64,000 nucleotides of DNA, taken from the NCBI GenBank assembly GCA_964618725.1, contig CAZUBK010000002.1, positions 3,992 to 67,991 of the forward strand. The letters run 5' to 3'. Within the stretch, counting starts at the first letter, position 1. Every line of letters begins with the position of its first letter. The translations under genes and the position numbers were made by a program. The notes below the pieces were generated by a model. It made no database searches. It was given only the letters and a program-made list of their open reading frames with translations, and was not told the DNA's origin. Source of the stretch: an uncultured Pseudomonadales bacterium. Lineage in GTDB: Bacteria; Patescibacteriota; Microgenomatia; UBA1400; Chazhemtobacteraceae. Below are positions 55,544-64,000 of this stretch, piece after piece.

Positions 55544-56692
55544 CTAGAAATATTTTTTGTTTTTTAACTTGTCGGGGAGAAGAGATCTGTCTTTGGGATA
55601 CATTTCGTAGTTTTTGCCGTAGTTTAGATTTTTCATCAGTTTGGTGGGGGCATTGCGAAGCTCGAGTGGGATGGGAAGATTACCGAGGTCGTGTACGTCT
55701 TTTTGGGCACTTCTCAGAGCATCATAGGCACGTCGATCTTTCTTGGCGGTAGCAAGATAAATGACACCGTGGGCAAGATTGATGGTGCATTCGGGGTAGC
55801 CGATGGTTTCAACCGCGCGGAAGACCTCATTGGCAACAACTAGGGCGGTGGGCTGACTCAACCCAATATCTTCAGAGGCAAAAATAACCATGCGCCTGGC
55901 GATGAACTTGGGATCTTCACCTGCTTCTACCATGCGGGCGAGATAGTAAATGGCAGCATTGGGGTCAGAGGCACGCATAGATTTGATAAAGGCAGAGATG
56001 GTGTTGTAATGTTCTTCTCCCTGTTTATCAAATCTCAAGAATTTGTTTTGAAGGGTGTTTTTTAGATTGTCTAGGGTAATTTGTTTGTAGAGACGGTGGG
56101 TACTCTCAAGCATGGTAATGGACTGGCGGGCATCGCCATTAGCCATACGGACGAGCCAGTCCTTGGCCTCTTTGTCGATACTTGACTTAAGGGTAATGAC
56201 GACCTGGTCGATAATTGCTCCGATTTCTTCGTCGCCTAATTCATAAAGGGTGAAGACGCGACAGCGGGAGAGAAGGGGAGAGATGACTTCAAATGAAGGA
56301 TTCTCTGTAGTGGCACCGATGAGGGTAAGAGTACCCTTCTCGACAAAGGGAAGAAGAAAGTCTTGTTGAGCTTTATTGAAACGATGGATTTCATCTAGAA
56401 AAAGAATGGTAGGAACATTGGTTTTGTTAGCCTGGTCAATGATTTTTTTGACGTCGGCCTTGCCGGCTGAGACGGCAGAAAGCTCATGAAATTGGGCACC
56501 AAGAGAAGAAGCGTAGATACGGGCTAGCGTAGTCTTACCGACTCCTGGAGGGCCCCAGAAGATGATGGAGAAAAGATGTTTTTGCTCAATGGCAATACGG
56601 AGTGGTTTGTCTTTTCCGACGAGATGATCTTGGCCAATGAAAGACTCAAGAGAGATGGGACGAAGTAAAGATGCTAGCGGTTCAGGATTCAT
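55544..56692 (-). CDS. rarA: Replication-associated recombination protein A
   Basis: [55 protein letters not shown]. Confidence 0.95.
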   Translation of the reverse strand: MNPEPLASLLRPISLESFIGQDHLVGKDKPLRIAIEQKHLFSIIFWGPPGVGKTTLARIYASSLGAQFHELSAVSAGKADVKKIIDQANKTNVPTILFLDEIHRFNKAQQDFLLPFVEKGTLTLIGATTENPSFEVISPLLSRCRVFTLYELGDEEIGAIIDQVVITLKSSIDKEAKDWLVRMANGDARQSITMLESTHRLYKQITLDNLKNTLQNKFLRFDKQGEEHYNTISAFIKSMRASDPNAAIYYLARMVEAGEDPKFIARRMVIFASEDIGLSQPTALVVANEVFRAVETIGYPECTINLAHGVIYLATAKKDRRAYDALRSAQKDVHDLGNLPIPLELRNAPTKLMKNLNYGKNYEMYPKDRSLLPDKLKNKKYF

Positions 56693-56791
56693 TTTTTTCG
56701 GTAAATATTGGGGTGATCACATCTTAAATCAGAAGGGTAGAACAAACAAGACGGAAGAAAGGCAGGGTACTAGACCCTGCCTTTCAGATCA

Positions 56792-57028
56792 TCAGGTCGG
56801 GAAGAGAAACTTCCTAGCAATCGAATGCTCCTCCCCGTCAGGGTAACTTGTGTCGAAGTTGCCATTCAACTTCTGAAGGATGACCACAAGAACTGGTTCT
56901 GCCAAAGGCTGATTACCCTCGGCGACTTCGACCAGGAGATTTGTAAACGTTCGTCCTACGATGAAGTATAAAACGTTACCTTTCTCGAGTTCCTGATCGA
57001 GGGATAATGGGACTGCATCTTCCTTCAT
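56792..57028 (-). CDS. Small hypothetical protein
   Basis: GAGG SD, upstream TATAAT, downstream terminator hairpin at about 56757-56784. Confidence 0.5.
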   Translation of the reverse strand: MKEDAVPLSLDQELEKGNVLYFIVGRTFTNLLVEVAEGNQPLAEPVLVVILQKLNGNFDTSYPDGEEHSIARKFLFPT

Positions 57029-57091
57029 TTTACCTCTCCCTTCGTAGTTGTTTATCCCATATTATATCACGGTTTGTAAAGACCTTCGTGG

Positions 57092-57340
57092 CTAGCGGCC
57101 AGAGGAAAAACGCTCGAAGAGCCACTTGCGATGGAGACTTATTCCTCCTTCCAGGGTCTTGAGTCTGCTTCCAGGGTCGGAGTCAACCCGAATAATCCTG
57201 ACCCAGATTAAGTCCCGAGAAGATTTGCTAAACCGAAGGACCTGAACTAGAGCTAGCAGGTCGTGTTTCCGGTCAAAATAGAATAGCTTTTGGCCTTTTC
57301 TCAAAGGACAACGTCCAATGTGGTGGTACGTATTTGCCAT
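57092..57340 (-). CDS. Small basic hypothetical protein
   Basis: GGGAG SD, upstream TAGAAT. Confidence 0.45.
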   Translation of the reverse strand: MANTYHHIGRCPLRKGQKLFYFDRKHDLLALVQVLRFSKSSRDLIWVRIIRVDSDPGSRLKTLEGGISLHRKWLFERFSSGR

Positions 57341-57409
57341 TTTTCGCTCCCTTAAATGAATGTGCTAGCCCATATTCTAGAACTAGGCATGATAAAATAC
57401 TAGTATCTA

Positions 57410-57480
57410 TGCCAGGTCGGCTAATGGTAGGCCAACAGAATCTGGATCTGTTTATCATGGTTCGAACCCATGCCTGGCAA
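57410..57480 (+). tRNA. tRNA-Gln(CTG)
   Basis: TGCCAGG/CCTGGCA acceptor (U1-A72), anticodon arm ACAGA-ATCTGGA-TCTGT, GTTCGAACC T-arm. Confidence 0.93.
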
Positions 57481-57487
57481 CCCCTAG

Positions 57488-57587
57488 AGAGTTCCAGTGG
57501 CTTTTAGCCACAGTCGCTCGCGCCCCCGCTTTGGCGCGGAGCTCCCGTGTGCGGGATTTCGCTGTTGCTCAAGATGCGAAGAGCTTT
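57488..57587. other. GC-rich multi-hairpin element (candidate structured RNA or repeat)
   Basis: Closing stem AGAGTTC/GAGCTTT around four hairpins. Confidence 0.45.
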
Positions 57588-57727
57588 AGTAATCAAGGTC
57601 CTTAAAAAGGTGACAGGAAACGCAAAGATTGGCTGTGTCCTATAATTTGACTTTAGGCAGCACTTGTGGTATATTCCATGAAGTAAGAAATTTATTTTCC
57701 CAAGTTCTTTAAACCAAGGAGGAACCC

Positions 57728-58231
57728 ATGTCAAAGATCACTGGCAAACAGATTTTGGCCGCCCTCATGAAGGACCCTGAATACTCGGCGCAGCCTGCTT
57801 CAGTCCTCGCCGTCACCGACCCGTTCATGCTCGCCATCCCTGATGCGCTGAAAGATCACCTCGACAAGATCGTGACCCTCGCCACCCTGATGGATGCGAA
57901 GATCGCCTTCCTGCGCTACTGCGTCGAGAACGACTACGTCAAGAAAGTTGTCGCCGCGATGCCCGAAGACTCGTTCGGCTGGATGGATGCCAAAGGCGTT
58001 GTCGAAATGATGCAGGGCATAATGGCGCAGGTTGTGGAAATACTCGCCGAATTTGTGAAGGATGTCCCGGCGTTCCTTGAATCCCAAGGGATTACCGAGG
58101 AACAAATGATGGCGCACCCTAAAGGTGTGGCTCTCAAGCCCAATGTCCTCAAACTTTACAAGGCTGGCAACCTGACCATTGCCGATGTCCTGAAGATGCA
58201 ACCGATGGTGATCGTCAAGAACACCAAATAG
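57728..58231 (+). CDS. Helical hypothetical protein with C/G-biased codon usage
   Basis: AAGGAGG SD; terminator at about 58245-58280. Confidence 0.7.
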   Translation: MSKITGKQILAALMKDPEYSAQPASVLAVTDPFMLAIPDALKDHLDKIVTLATLMDAKIAFLRYCVENDYVKKVVAAMPEDSFGWMDAKGVVEMMQGIMAQVVEILAEFVKDVPAFLESQGITEEQMMAHPKGVALKPNVLKLYKAGNLTIADVLKMQPMVIVKNTK

Positions 58232-58437
58232 TTTCCTAATCGTCAAATAGAGACTACTCGATACGAGTGGTCTCTATTTTATTGTGAAATTTGCTATTGT
58301 CTGAATATTAAAATTGGAGATCTTTCACTGTAAACACGGAGTGGAGGGGTAATCTCTTCATTAGGAATTTTGTTGAAAATACGTTCGCACTTCGTTGTAA
58401 CAGGCAACAAAATTGGACGCGCTGATATACTTGACCT

Positions 58438-59010
58438 ATGAACTTAATGGTCAAAATAATTTTTGTCCACGGATATACCGCTTCATCTAAGGTGGATTGG
58501 TATCCGAACATAAGTAAGCAGCTTGATAAACTCGGGATTGAGTACTCTATTCCGGATTTACCCGGAGACGAATTTCCTCACAGCAAAGATTGGATTGAAA
58601 TAATCAAAAGAGAAGTTGATTCTACAGATAAACAGGTCGTTTTAGTTGGCCATAGTTTGGGAACTAGAGCTGTTCTTCTTTATTTAGATCAATATCAAGA
58701 GAAAGTGAATCCTGTCATTCTGATTGCTCCACTAAGTAACGAGGTTTCAAATGCAGACAGACAAGATGGGGAAACATATCCCGATTTTTTTGAATATAAA
58801 ATCGATCTAAATAAGATTAAAGGGTTGGCTGACAAATTTGTTGTCGTACATTCGAAGGACGACAGCTCGCTGGATTATGAAACTCACGGGGTTGTTCTAG
58901 CCAACGAACTTGGCGCCAAACTGATTACCTTTGAGGATAGAGACCACTTTAGTGAACCAGAAAATGCACCCATTATTCTTGAAGTATTAAAATCAGAATT
59001 GAACCTATGA
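58438..59010 (+). CDS. RBBP9/YdeN-family alpha/beta hydrolase
   Basis: FVHGY, WYP, VGHSLG, HSKDD, DHF. Confidence 0.9.
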   Translation: MNLMVKIIFVHGYTASSKVDWYPNISKQLDKLGIEYSIPDLPGDEFPHSKDWIEIIKREVDSTDKQVVLVGHSLGTRAVLLYLDQYQEKVNPVILIAPLSNEVSNADRQDGETYPDFFEYKIDLNKIKGLADKFVVVHSKDDSSLDYETHGVVLANELGAKLITFEDRDHFSEPENAPIILEVLKSELNL

Positions 59011-59258
59011 AAACAGCAATCCTAACTGGAGCTAGCACAGGGATTGGTAGAGCAACTGCAATAGTCTTAAGCAAAAATGGATTTCTAGTGTTCTTACTTG
59101 CTCGAAATAAAACTGGACTGGAAGAAACTAAGAAAATTATCGCAGAGAAGGGTGGCGAAGCTGAGGTAGTGGTAACTGATCTTAGTTCTGTCGACTCGAT
59201 TAATGCAGCAATGGAAACCATAAAGAAAAAAGGACTGAGATTACTCTCAGTCCTTTAG
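59007..59258 (+). pseudogene. Truncated short-chain dehydrogenase (N-terminal third only)
   Basis: AILTGASTGIGRATA...TDLS; ends inside the terminator of the opposite gene; no NNAG or YxxxK. Confidence 0.8.
59229..59256 (-). terminator. Intrinsic terminator of the 59270-60182 gene pair
   Basis: Perfect 12-bp arms AAAGGACTGAGA-TTAC-TCTCAGTCCTTT. Confidence 0.75.
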
Positions 59259-59269
59259 CATTTAAAAAA

Positions 59270-59835
59270 CTATCTATCAGGCTCGAACTTGAACTGGCTG
59301 GCGACAATCTTCGGTTCCATGTAGACCGGGGTGACAGTGTCACCGTTCGGATCTTTGCATAAAACCCAAGTTGCCTCAGCAGATGCCGGTGAATACAGGC
59401 ATTTTGTTCTGCCTGAGGCAGAACTTCAGCGCCGTAGTAGCGTTCACCCGATCCGCCTGTTCTGTTTAAGTTGTAAGTTTGGACGCTCTCTGGAGCGCTA
59501 AACTGGACAGCATATGGCAGCGGATAGCCGATGGAGGTGCAAAGAAAGGTAAGTTTACCTCCCAAGACCGTAAGTCCCGGTACAATTGACTGGATTTGGT
59601 TCTCTATATATGAATAGGTCACGAGACCAGTCTGGTCTCTGAGTTCGTAGATATCTTTGGCGAGCTTGAGCTCGCGAAAGTTTACGATTGAGGGGATACC
59701 TACTTCGGCGGCCCCTTCTCTCAGAGAAGTTTCTTGTCTGTCCCGAGTGAGGTCTGAGCTGCTTGGTGGAGGGGCACAGGCGATAAGTAGAAGAGAGATG
59801 ATCAGTAGCGAAAAAGCAATGACTTTCTTCATCAT
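59270..59835 (-). pseudogene. Phage-type lipoprotein with a 1-nt frameshift
   Basis: Lipobox LIAC, SIGYPLPY, LPQAEQN; adding one base near 59400 gives (G)LYSPASAEATWVLCKDP...PVYMEP ending at 59270. Confidence 0.7.
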
Positions 59836-60182
59836 CAGTATCCCCCGTTGCCTGTTCGAAGCTGCTCAATGAAGTCACGTAAATCTTGAGGAACATCTGA
59901 TTTATTCAAATCAAAGTCTGCAGCCCGACGCAAGATAATGGGCGCAAGGGCCTTTTTCTCCTCGTCATCCGCCTGAATGTACTCGAACTGCATATTCGTT
60001 AACTCTTGGATTATGCCTTGGCGATAGGCCTTTGAATTCTCAAAGGTTTCGCGGTGGACATTCTCGTACTCGGGAGCGAAAACCTTATAAAGAAAGAAAT
60101 CGTTCCCTTGCGCGGCCCAGGTGATGCCAAAAACAATCAGTAGAAATACAACCAAAGTAAGTAATGCATCACGAAACTTCAT
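59835..60182 (-). CDS. Phage-type single-TM hypothetical protein
   Basis: FAP.YENV.RETFENSKAY..G pattern; AAGGAG SD; coupled to the lipoprotein gene. Confidence 0.7.
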   Translation of the reverse strand: MKFRDALLTLVVFLLIVFGITWAAQGNDFFLYKVFAPEYENVHRETFENSKAYRQGIIQELTNMQFEYIQADDEEKKALAPIILRRAADFDLNKSDVPQDLRDFIEQLRTGNGGY

Positions 60183-60397
60183 ACCGTCTCCTTTTGTTTG
60201 TATGTATCATGTAGATACAAATGATATGTACAAGATATATTTTATATCTATGAGCTGACTCTTGTCAATACCCTAGGTTACCTTGGAATTTAACATCTTA
60301 TTTAGAACTAGATTACAATTACTCCGTGAAATACAAAACCCTTGGTAAAATAGATGAGTTAAAGAAGCACCTTTGGGAAAGGAACTTTTACTGATAG

Positions 60398-60643
60398 ATG
60401 TCTCGATTTTACATATACATTCTTCGATGCTCAGATGACACCTACTATACGGGATGTACAAGTGACATAGAGCGCAGAGTAAGACAACACAATCAGGCAA
60501 AAAATGGGGCTCATTACACGAAGATAAGGAGACCAGTTGAACTTATCTATTCCGAGCAATATGAAACGTTGGCTTTGGCGAGAAAAAGAGAGGCGGCAAT
60601 AAAGAAGTGGAATAGGGAGAGAAAAGAGAGATTGTGGCGGTAG
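60398..60643 (+). CDS. GIY-YIG nuclease family protein (UPF0213-like)
   Basis: YIYILRCSDDTYYTG, HN, YTKIRRPV, REAAIK. Confidence 0.9.
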   Translation: MSRFYIYILRCSDDTYYTGCTSDIERRVRQHNQAKNGAHYTKIRRPVELIYSEQYETLALARKREAAIKKWNRERKERLWR

Positions 60644-60687
60644 ACAGAATCGAAGTCGCTATATACCATCTTTGCTACAATGAAACG

Positions 60688-61074
60688 ATGAGGAGATTGA
60701 TTTTTGGTCTGTTTATCGCGGTGATTCTTGGGGTAGTAGGCTATTTTGTTTTTATCGGAAAACCATCAATCTCAGATGTCCCCAGTTCAGTTCCAACTAC
60801 GGAAGTAGAACAGGGGCAAATGGGCATAATCGAGATTAAAAACTTTAGCTTTAGTCCGAATAAACAAACAGCTAAACCCGGAGAGAAAATAACAGTTACC
60901 AATCGGGATATTGTTGGTCACACAGTAACGAGTGATCAGGATGGTCTTTTTGATACTGGACTAATCGGTCGAAATGAGTCAAAAACTTTCTCCGCTCCGA
61001 CCACACCCGGTGAATACCCCTATTACTGTACGCCGCATCCATTTATGAAGGCAGTTTTAGTGGTTGAGGAATAA
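60688..61074 (+). CDS. Membrane-anchored plastocyanin/amicyanin-like cupredoxin
   Basis: NRDIVGHTVT and YYCTPHPFM type-1 Cu ligands. Confidence 0.9.
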   Translation: MRRLIFGLFIAVILGVVGYFVFIGKPSISDVPSSVPTTEVEQGQMGIIEIKNFSFSPNKQTAKPGEKITVTNRDIVGHTVTSDQDGLFDTGLIGRNESKTFSAPTTPGEYPYYCTPHPFMKAVLVVEE

Positions 61075-61225
61075 TTGAAAACCCACATTGTTATGTGGGT
61101 TTTTGTTGTTCACCTAGTCGAGATCTTTGCCACAGTCCAAACACATTATGTAGCTATAATGTCCGACGGCGTAAGCTGTGGCGTTTTTGTGGAGGCAATC
61201 TCGCTGAAGTGATTCAATTTCTTGT

Positions 61226-61759
61226 TTACTTTCCTTTCGCCAGGATCGCTTGGAGAACTTGTCGGTGAGACTCAAAACCGATGGGCGGAAGGCCATTGAG
61301 CGGCCACCAGGCAACGGCGAGGTTTTCTTTGTTGTCGTTGACCAGTTGCCCTGGAGAGACGGTGACGTGATAGAAGATGACATTGAGACCGGGCTCACGA
61401 TAGTCATCGATTACCTGTTTGATGATTGGCGGGGCAAAATTTAAAACTTTTAAGCCGGTTTCTTCGAGAATCTCGCGGATTAATGTCTCTTCGGGGTGTT
61501 CACCAAATTCGACAAAGCCGGCGGGGATCATCCAAGATCCTCTTTTGGGTGATCTGGCACGTTGAACCAGAACGATTTTTTCATTGTCTTCGTCTAAGAT
61601 TATCCCACCGACGGCCCAAGCGGGTCGAGGGTAGTAGGTCCAGGGACATTTATAGCAATGCTGACGGCGGACCCCATCCTCGATTTTGAAAAGGATAGAG
61701 GTACCACAACGAGGGCAGAATTTAATTGGCTGGGCTTGAATCCTTACCTTACCCTTCAT
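61226..61759 (-). CDS. NUDIX hydrolase with N-terminal zinc ribbon
   Basis: FCPRCG..CYKC, PAGFVEFGE.....REILEETGL. Confidence 0.9.
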   Translation of the reverse strand: MKGKVRIQAQPIKFCPRCGTSILFKIEDGVRRQHCYKCPWTYYPRPAWAVGGIILDEDNEKIVLVQRARSPKRGSWMIPAGFVEFGEHPEETLIREILEETGLKVLNFAPPIIKQVIDDYREPGLNVIFYHVTVSPGQLVNDNKENLAVAWWPLNGLPPIGFESHRQVLQAILAKGK

Positions 61760-61812
61760 TCCTTCTCTCCTGAAAAAAGTCTCTTAATTGAAAGTGCGTG
61801 CTAATTGTATCA

Positions 61813-62169
61813 CTATTTCAATCTTATCGGATTGGATTCTGCCTCATTATCTGCTTTTAGATCCTTAAGGATTAATCTAATGAGACGCTGTCCCTCTTTT
61901 TCTAGAGCGGACTCAATATTTGTATCAGCATTTTGTTTTAGATAGGTGAGTAGTTCTGGATCATAGGGGGCTCTTTCGAGTTGTGTAAGAAAGGTGTGAT
62001 GGTGGTGGGGATGGAGCTTTTGGAGAATGTATTCCATAAGGCCGGCATGAAGAATATCGTCGATCATAGTTTTGAACTGGCTCCTTTTTTCTTCAGGTAA
62101 GTCAAGCTTCTCCAGGTAAAGCCGGATGTGATCTAAGTTGATGAGATGGTCGTAGAAAAGGATAGACAT
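61813..62169 (-). CDS. Hypothetical helical protein
   Basis: 118 aa ORF in an operon-like run with gltX. Confidence 0.7.
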   Translation of the reverse strand: MSILFYDHLINLDHIRLYLEKLDLPEEKRSQFKTMIDDILHAGLMEYILQKLHPHHHHTFLTQLERAPYDPELLTYLKQNADTNIESALEKEGQRLIRLILKDLKADNEAESNPIRLK

Positions 62170-62170
62170 A

Positions 62171-63052
62171 TTAGATTTGTATTTTCTGAGTAACTGGTCC
62201 TAATGGTACTTCGTCGTTAGGGTCATCTATAAATAAGAATATCACTAGACCCTTACGGGGGCCTTTGTGGAGATCGAGGGCTTTCATGGCTTCGGGGGAG
62301 GCGCCAAACTGTTTACCCGTCCACTCTGCCGGACCAGCATCACCCAAGACGGTGACAACGGCGGTGCCATTCTTGGGATTGACGATCAGGATCTTTCTAT
62401 ACTTGTACCAATCGCGAAGAAACTTGAAATCCTGGTTCCAATTTTCAAGATAGAGGGTCTGGGCGACAGAGTAATATTTTTCATTAAGGTAATCTTTCGT
62501 TGTGAATGTGTCCTTGCTATTAGCAAAATAGCCCCAGGCGCCCTTGCCGGGGGCAATGCCAGCTATTTGTTCGTCGTCGTGAAGAGCAATACTGTCGCCA
62601 GGGAAGCGTTGAAGGTGTTGCTCATAGCCGACATAGCCAACCTGATGATTGAGTTGTTGACTCTCAAGGATAGCTTTGGCGGATATGCCAATTTGGTCTT
62701 TGATGGCCTGTTCGATGGGAAGAGCCGCTTCTTCACTTAGTTTGGTGGGGAAATGAGGGACAAGGGGGGCGAGAGCTTGCGAGAACGAGGAATGGAAATC
62801 CTGTTTTTGAGTAATAGTATGGGGAGGAGCCACTGATTGAGTGGCTGTAGACGGGCCGAAGAGTAGGGCGCCAGTCAGTCCGGCGCTGGCAAGAATCTGA
62901 GTGGATTTACGGCGAAGCTCTGAGGCTTTGAGAGAGTTTTTATCTAAGAACTTTTTTGCCTGATGACTTAACCTAGAAAGACGCCGATGAGCTTGGGAGT
63001 GTCGTTTGGTGAGCTTGTCTTCAATTTGTTGTAGGCGGGCAGGGTGGACCAT
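62171..63052 (-). CDS. Exported protein with an RlpA-like double-psi beta-barrel C-terminal domain
   Basis: IVNPKNGTAVVTVLGDAGP...FGASPEAMKAL; start at ATG 63052. Confidence 0.65.
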   Translation of the reverse strand: MVHPARLQQIEDKLTKRHSQAHRRLSRLSHQAKKFLDKNSLKASELRRKSTQILASAGLTGALLFGPSTATQSVAPPHTITQKQDFHSSFSQALAPLVPHFPTKLSEEAALPIEQAIKDQIGISAKAILESQQLNHQVGYVGYEQHLQRFPGDSIALHDDEQIAGIAPGKGAWGYFANSKDTFTTKDYLNEKYYSVAQTLYLENWNQDFKFLRDWYKYRKILIVNPKNGTAVVTVLGDAGPAEWTGKQFGASPEAMKALDLHKGPRKGLVIFLFIDDPNDEVPLGPVTQKIQI

Positions 63053-63053
63053 A

Positions 63054-64000
63054 TTACGAAGAAGGAAGCGCTTGATCAAGGCGTGCCAAGACTTCCTCTT
63101 GACCTAAGATTAGCATGGATTGCGTTAGAGGAGGAGTGACTTTTTGACCACAGACGGCAAGACGAAGTGTCATAAAGAAATCACTTCTATGGTAACCCTT
63201 GCTGTTACAGAGCTCTTGTAAATGACCCTCAATGCTTTCTTGATCCCACTGGACAACCTGCAGAACCTCACGGGCAGAAGACAGGAAGTCTTCTTTGTCT
63301 TTGAGTTCCGGGTGAAGAACTGGGCGGTCGATGAAGTACTTAACTAGAGGAGCAAACTCGGTTAACTTGGTGAGGCGGGGTTGAGCAAGAGGGAGGATCT
63401 TAACCAAGAGCTCATCTTCAATGGGATAGTCGATGAAAGGACGGAGTCTCTCCAGGAGATCATCTGGCGGGAGGCGGCGAATCCATTGCGAATTGAAATA
63501 ATCAAGCTTTTGGATATCAAAGACGGCGTTTTGTTTATGGAGTTTGTTTTCATCGAAAAGATTGACCATTTCGTCAAGGGTGAGCAGGGCGGAATTGTCT
63601 TGGTATGAGTAGCCGAGATAAAAGAGAAAGTTGTTGAGAGCCTCGGGTAAATATCCTTCGTCGCGGTATCCCAAGACTGACTTGGCCCCATGACGTTTAC
63701 TTAGTTTTGATTTGTCCGGGCCAAGAACGATGGGGACGTGAGCAAAGACGGGAGGTTGCCAACCAAACGCCTCGAAGAGTTTTATCTGGACGGGCGTAGA
63801 GACAATCCATTCGACGCCACGGAAGACGTGGGAAATCTCCATTAGATGATCATCAATAACGACGGCGAGATGATAAGTGGGGATGCCACTACTTTTCATT
63901 AAGACCTTGTCATCTACTTCTTCATTGGGGATAGAGAGCTTACCTTGGACAAGGTCCTTCCAAGTAGTAAAGCCAGTATCAGGCATCTTGATACGGATGG
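63054..64000 (-). CDS. gltX: Glutamate--tRNA ligase (5' part outside the window)
   Basis: PTYHLAVVIDDH, RGVEW, KLSKRHG, LRLAVCG. Confidence 0.95.
   Translation of the reverse strand, partial: IRIKMPDTGFTTWKDLVQGKLSIPNEEVDDKVLMKSSGIPTYHLAVVIDDHLMEISHVFRGVEWIVSTPVQIKLFEAFGWQPPVFAHVPIVLGPDKSKLSKRHGAKSVLGYRDEGYLPEALNNFLFYLGYSYQDNSALLTLDEMVNLFDENKLHKQNAVFDIQKLDYFNSQWIRRLPPDDLLERLRPFIDYPIEDELLVKILPLAQPRLTKLTEFAPLVKYFIDRPVLHPELKDKEDFLSSAREVLQVVQWDQESIEGHLQELCNSKGYHRSDFFMTLRLAVCGQKVTPPLTQSMLILGQEEVLARLDQALPSS

Noticed and set aside
54871-60276. 9-bp inverted match TAGGGTATT / AATACCCTA bracketing 5.4 kb
   Set aside because: Short AT-rich match that encloses core rarA and a tRNA; likely chance
60398-60643. 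GIY-YIG gene as a homing endonuclease or intron marker
   Set aside because: It is the short stand-alone UPF0213 type, with no interrupted host gene or intron structure
543-63691. Many 60-165 aa ORFs antisense to or nested within recognised genes (e.g. 543-755, 11461-11886, 17668-18165, 18712-19194, 57800-58246, 62267-62740)
   Set aside because: Shadow frames of well-supported genes, with no motifs or independent expression signals

Overview
64 kb of a compact bacterial chromosome. Gene content, short intergenic gaps and many lineage-specific genes suggest a Patescibacteria (CPR), Microgenomates-like organism; this is inference. Core genes: M23/ftsX/ftsE, prfB, nfo, secA, serS, lysS, greA, guaB, proS, lgt, lon, rarA, partial gltX, tRNA-Glu(CTC) and tRNA-Gln(CTG). 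Accessory content: a MacAB-type ABC exporter, a DNA polymerase IV cassette, a tRNA-Glu-linked island with a class II UvrA, and an 11 kb metal/redox region (43.8-54.9 kb). That region joins an ApbE/FMN/RnfD-like flavinylation module and a VIT1 transporter to a copper-export and thiol-redox cluster, with an ArsR-YHS regulator and two matching operators. Notable signals read directly from the sequence: (1) a Ser T-box with an ultrashort Stem I; (2) a 19-bp duplication of the secA 3' end enclosing a single NUDIX gene; (3) two copies of a MITE/REP-like double inverted repeat; (4) a circularly permuted M23 domain; (5) a CIRCE over the lon promoter; (6) a multi-hairpin element after tRNA-Gln; (7) about 20 genes with a TAnnnT -10 box 6-7 nt before the start codon, contrasting with SD-led orphan genes. 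No CRISPR array, rRNA, integrase or transposase was seen. Family assignments come from motif recognition, not database searches.
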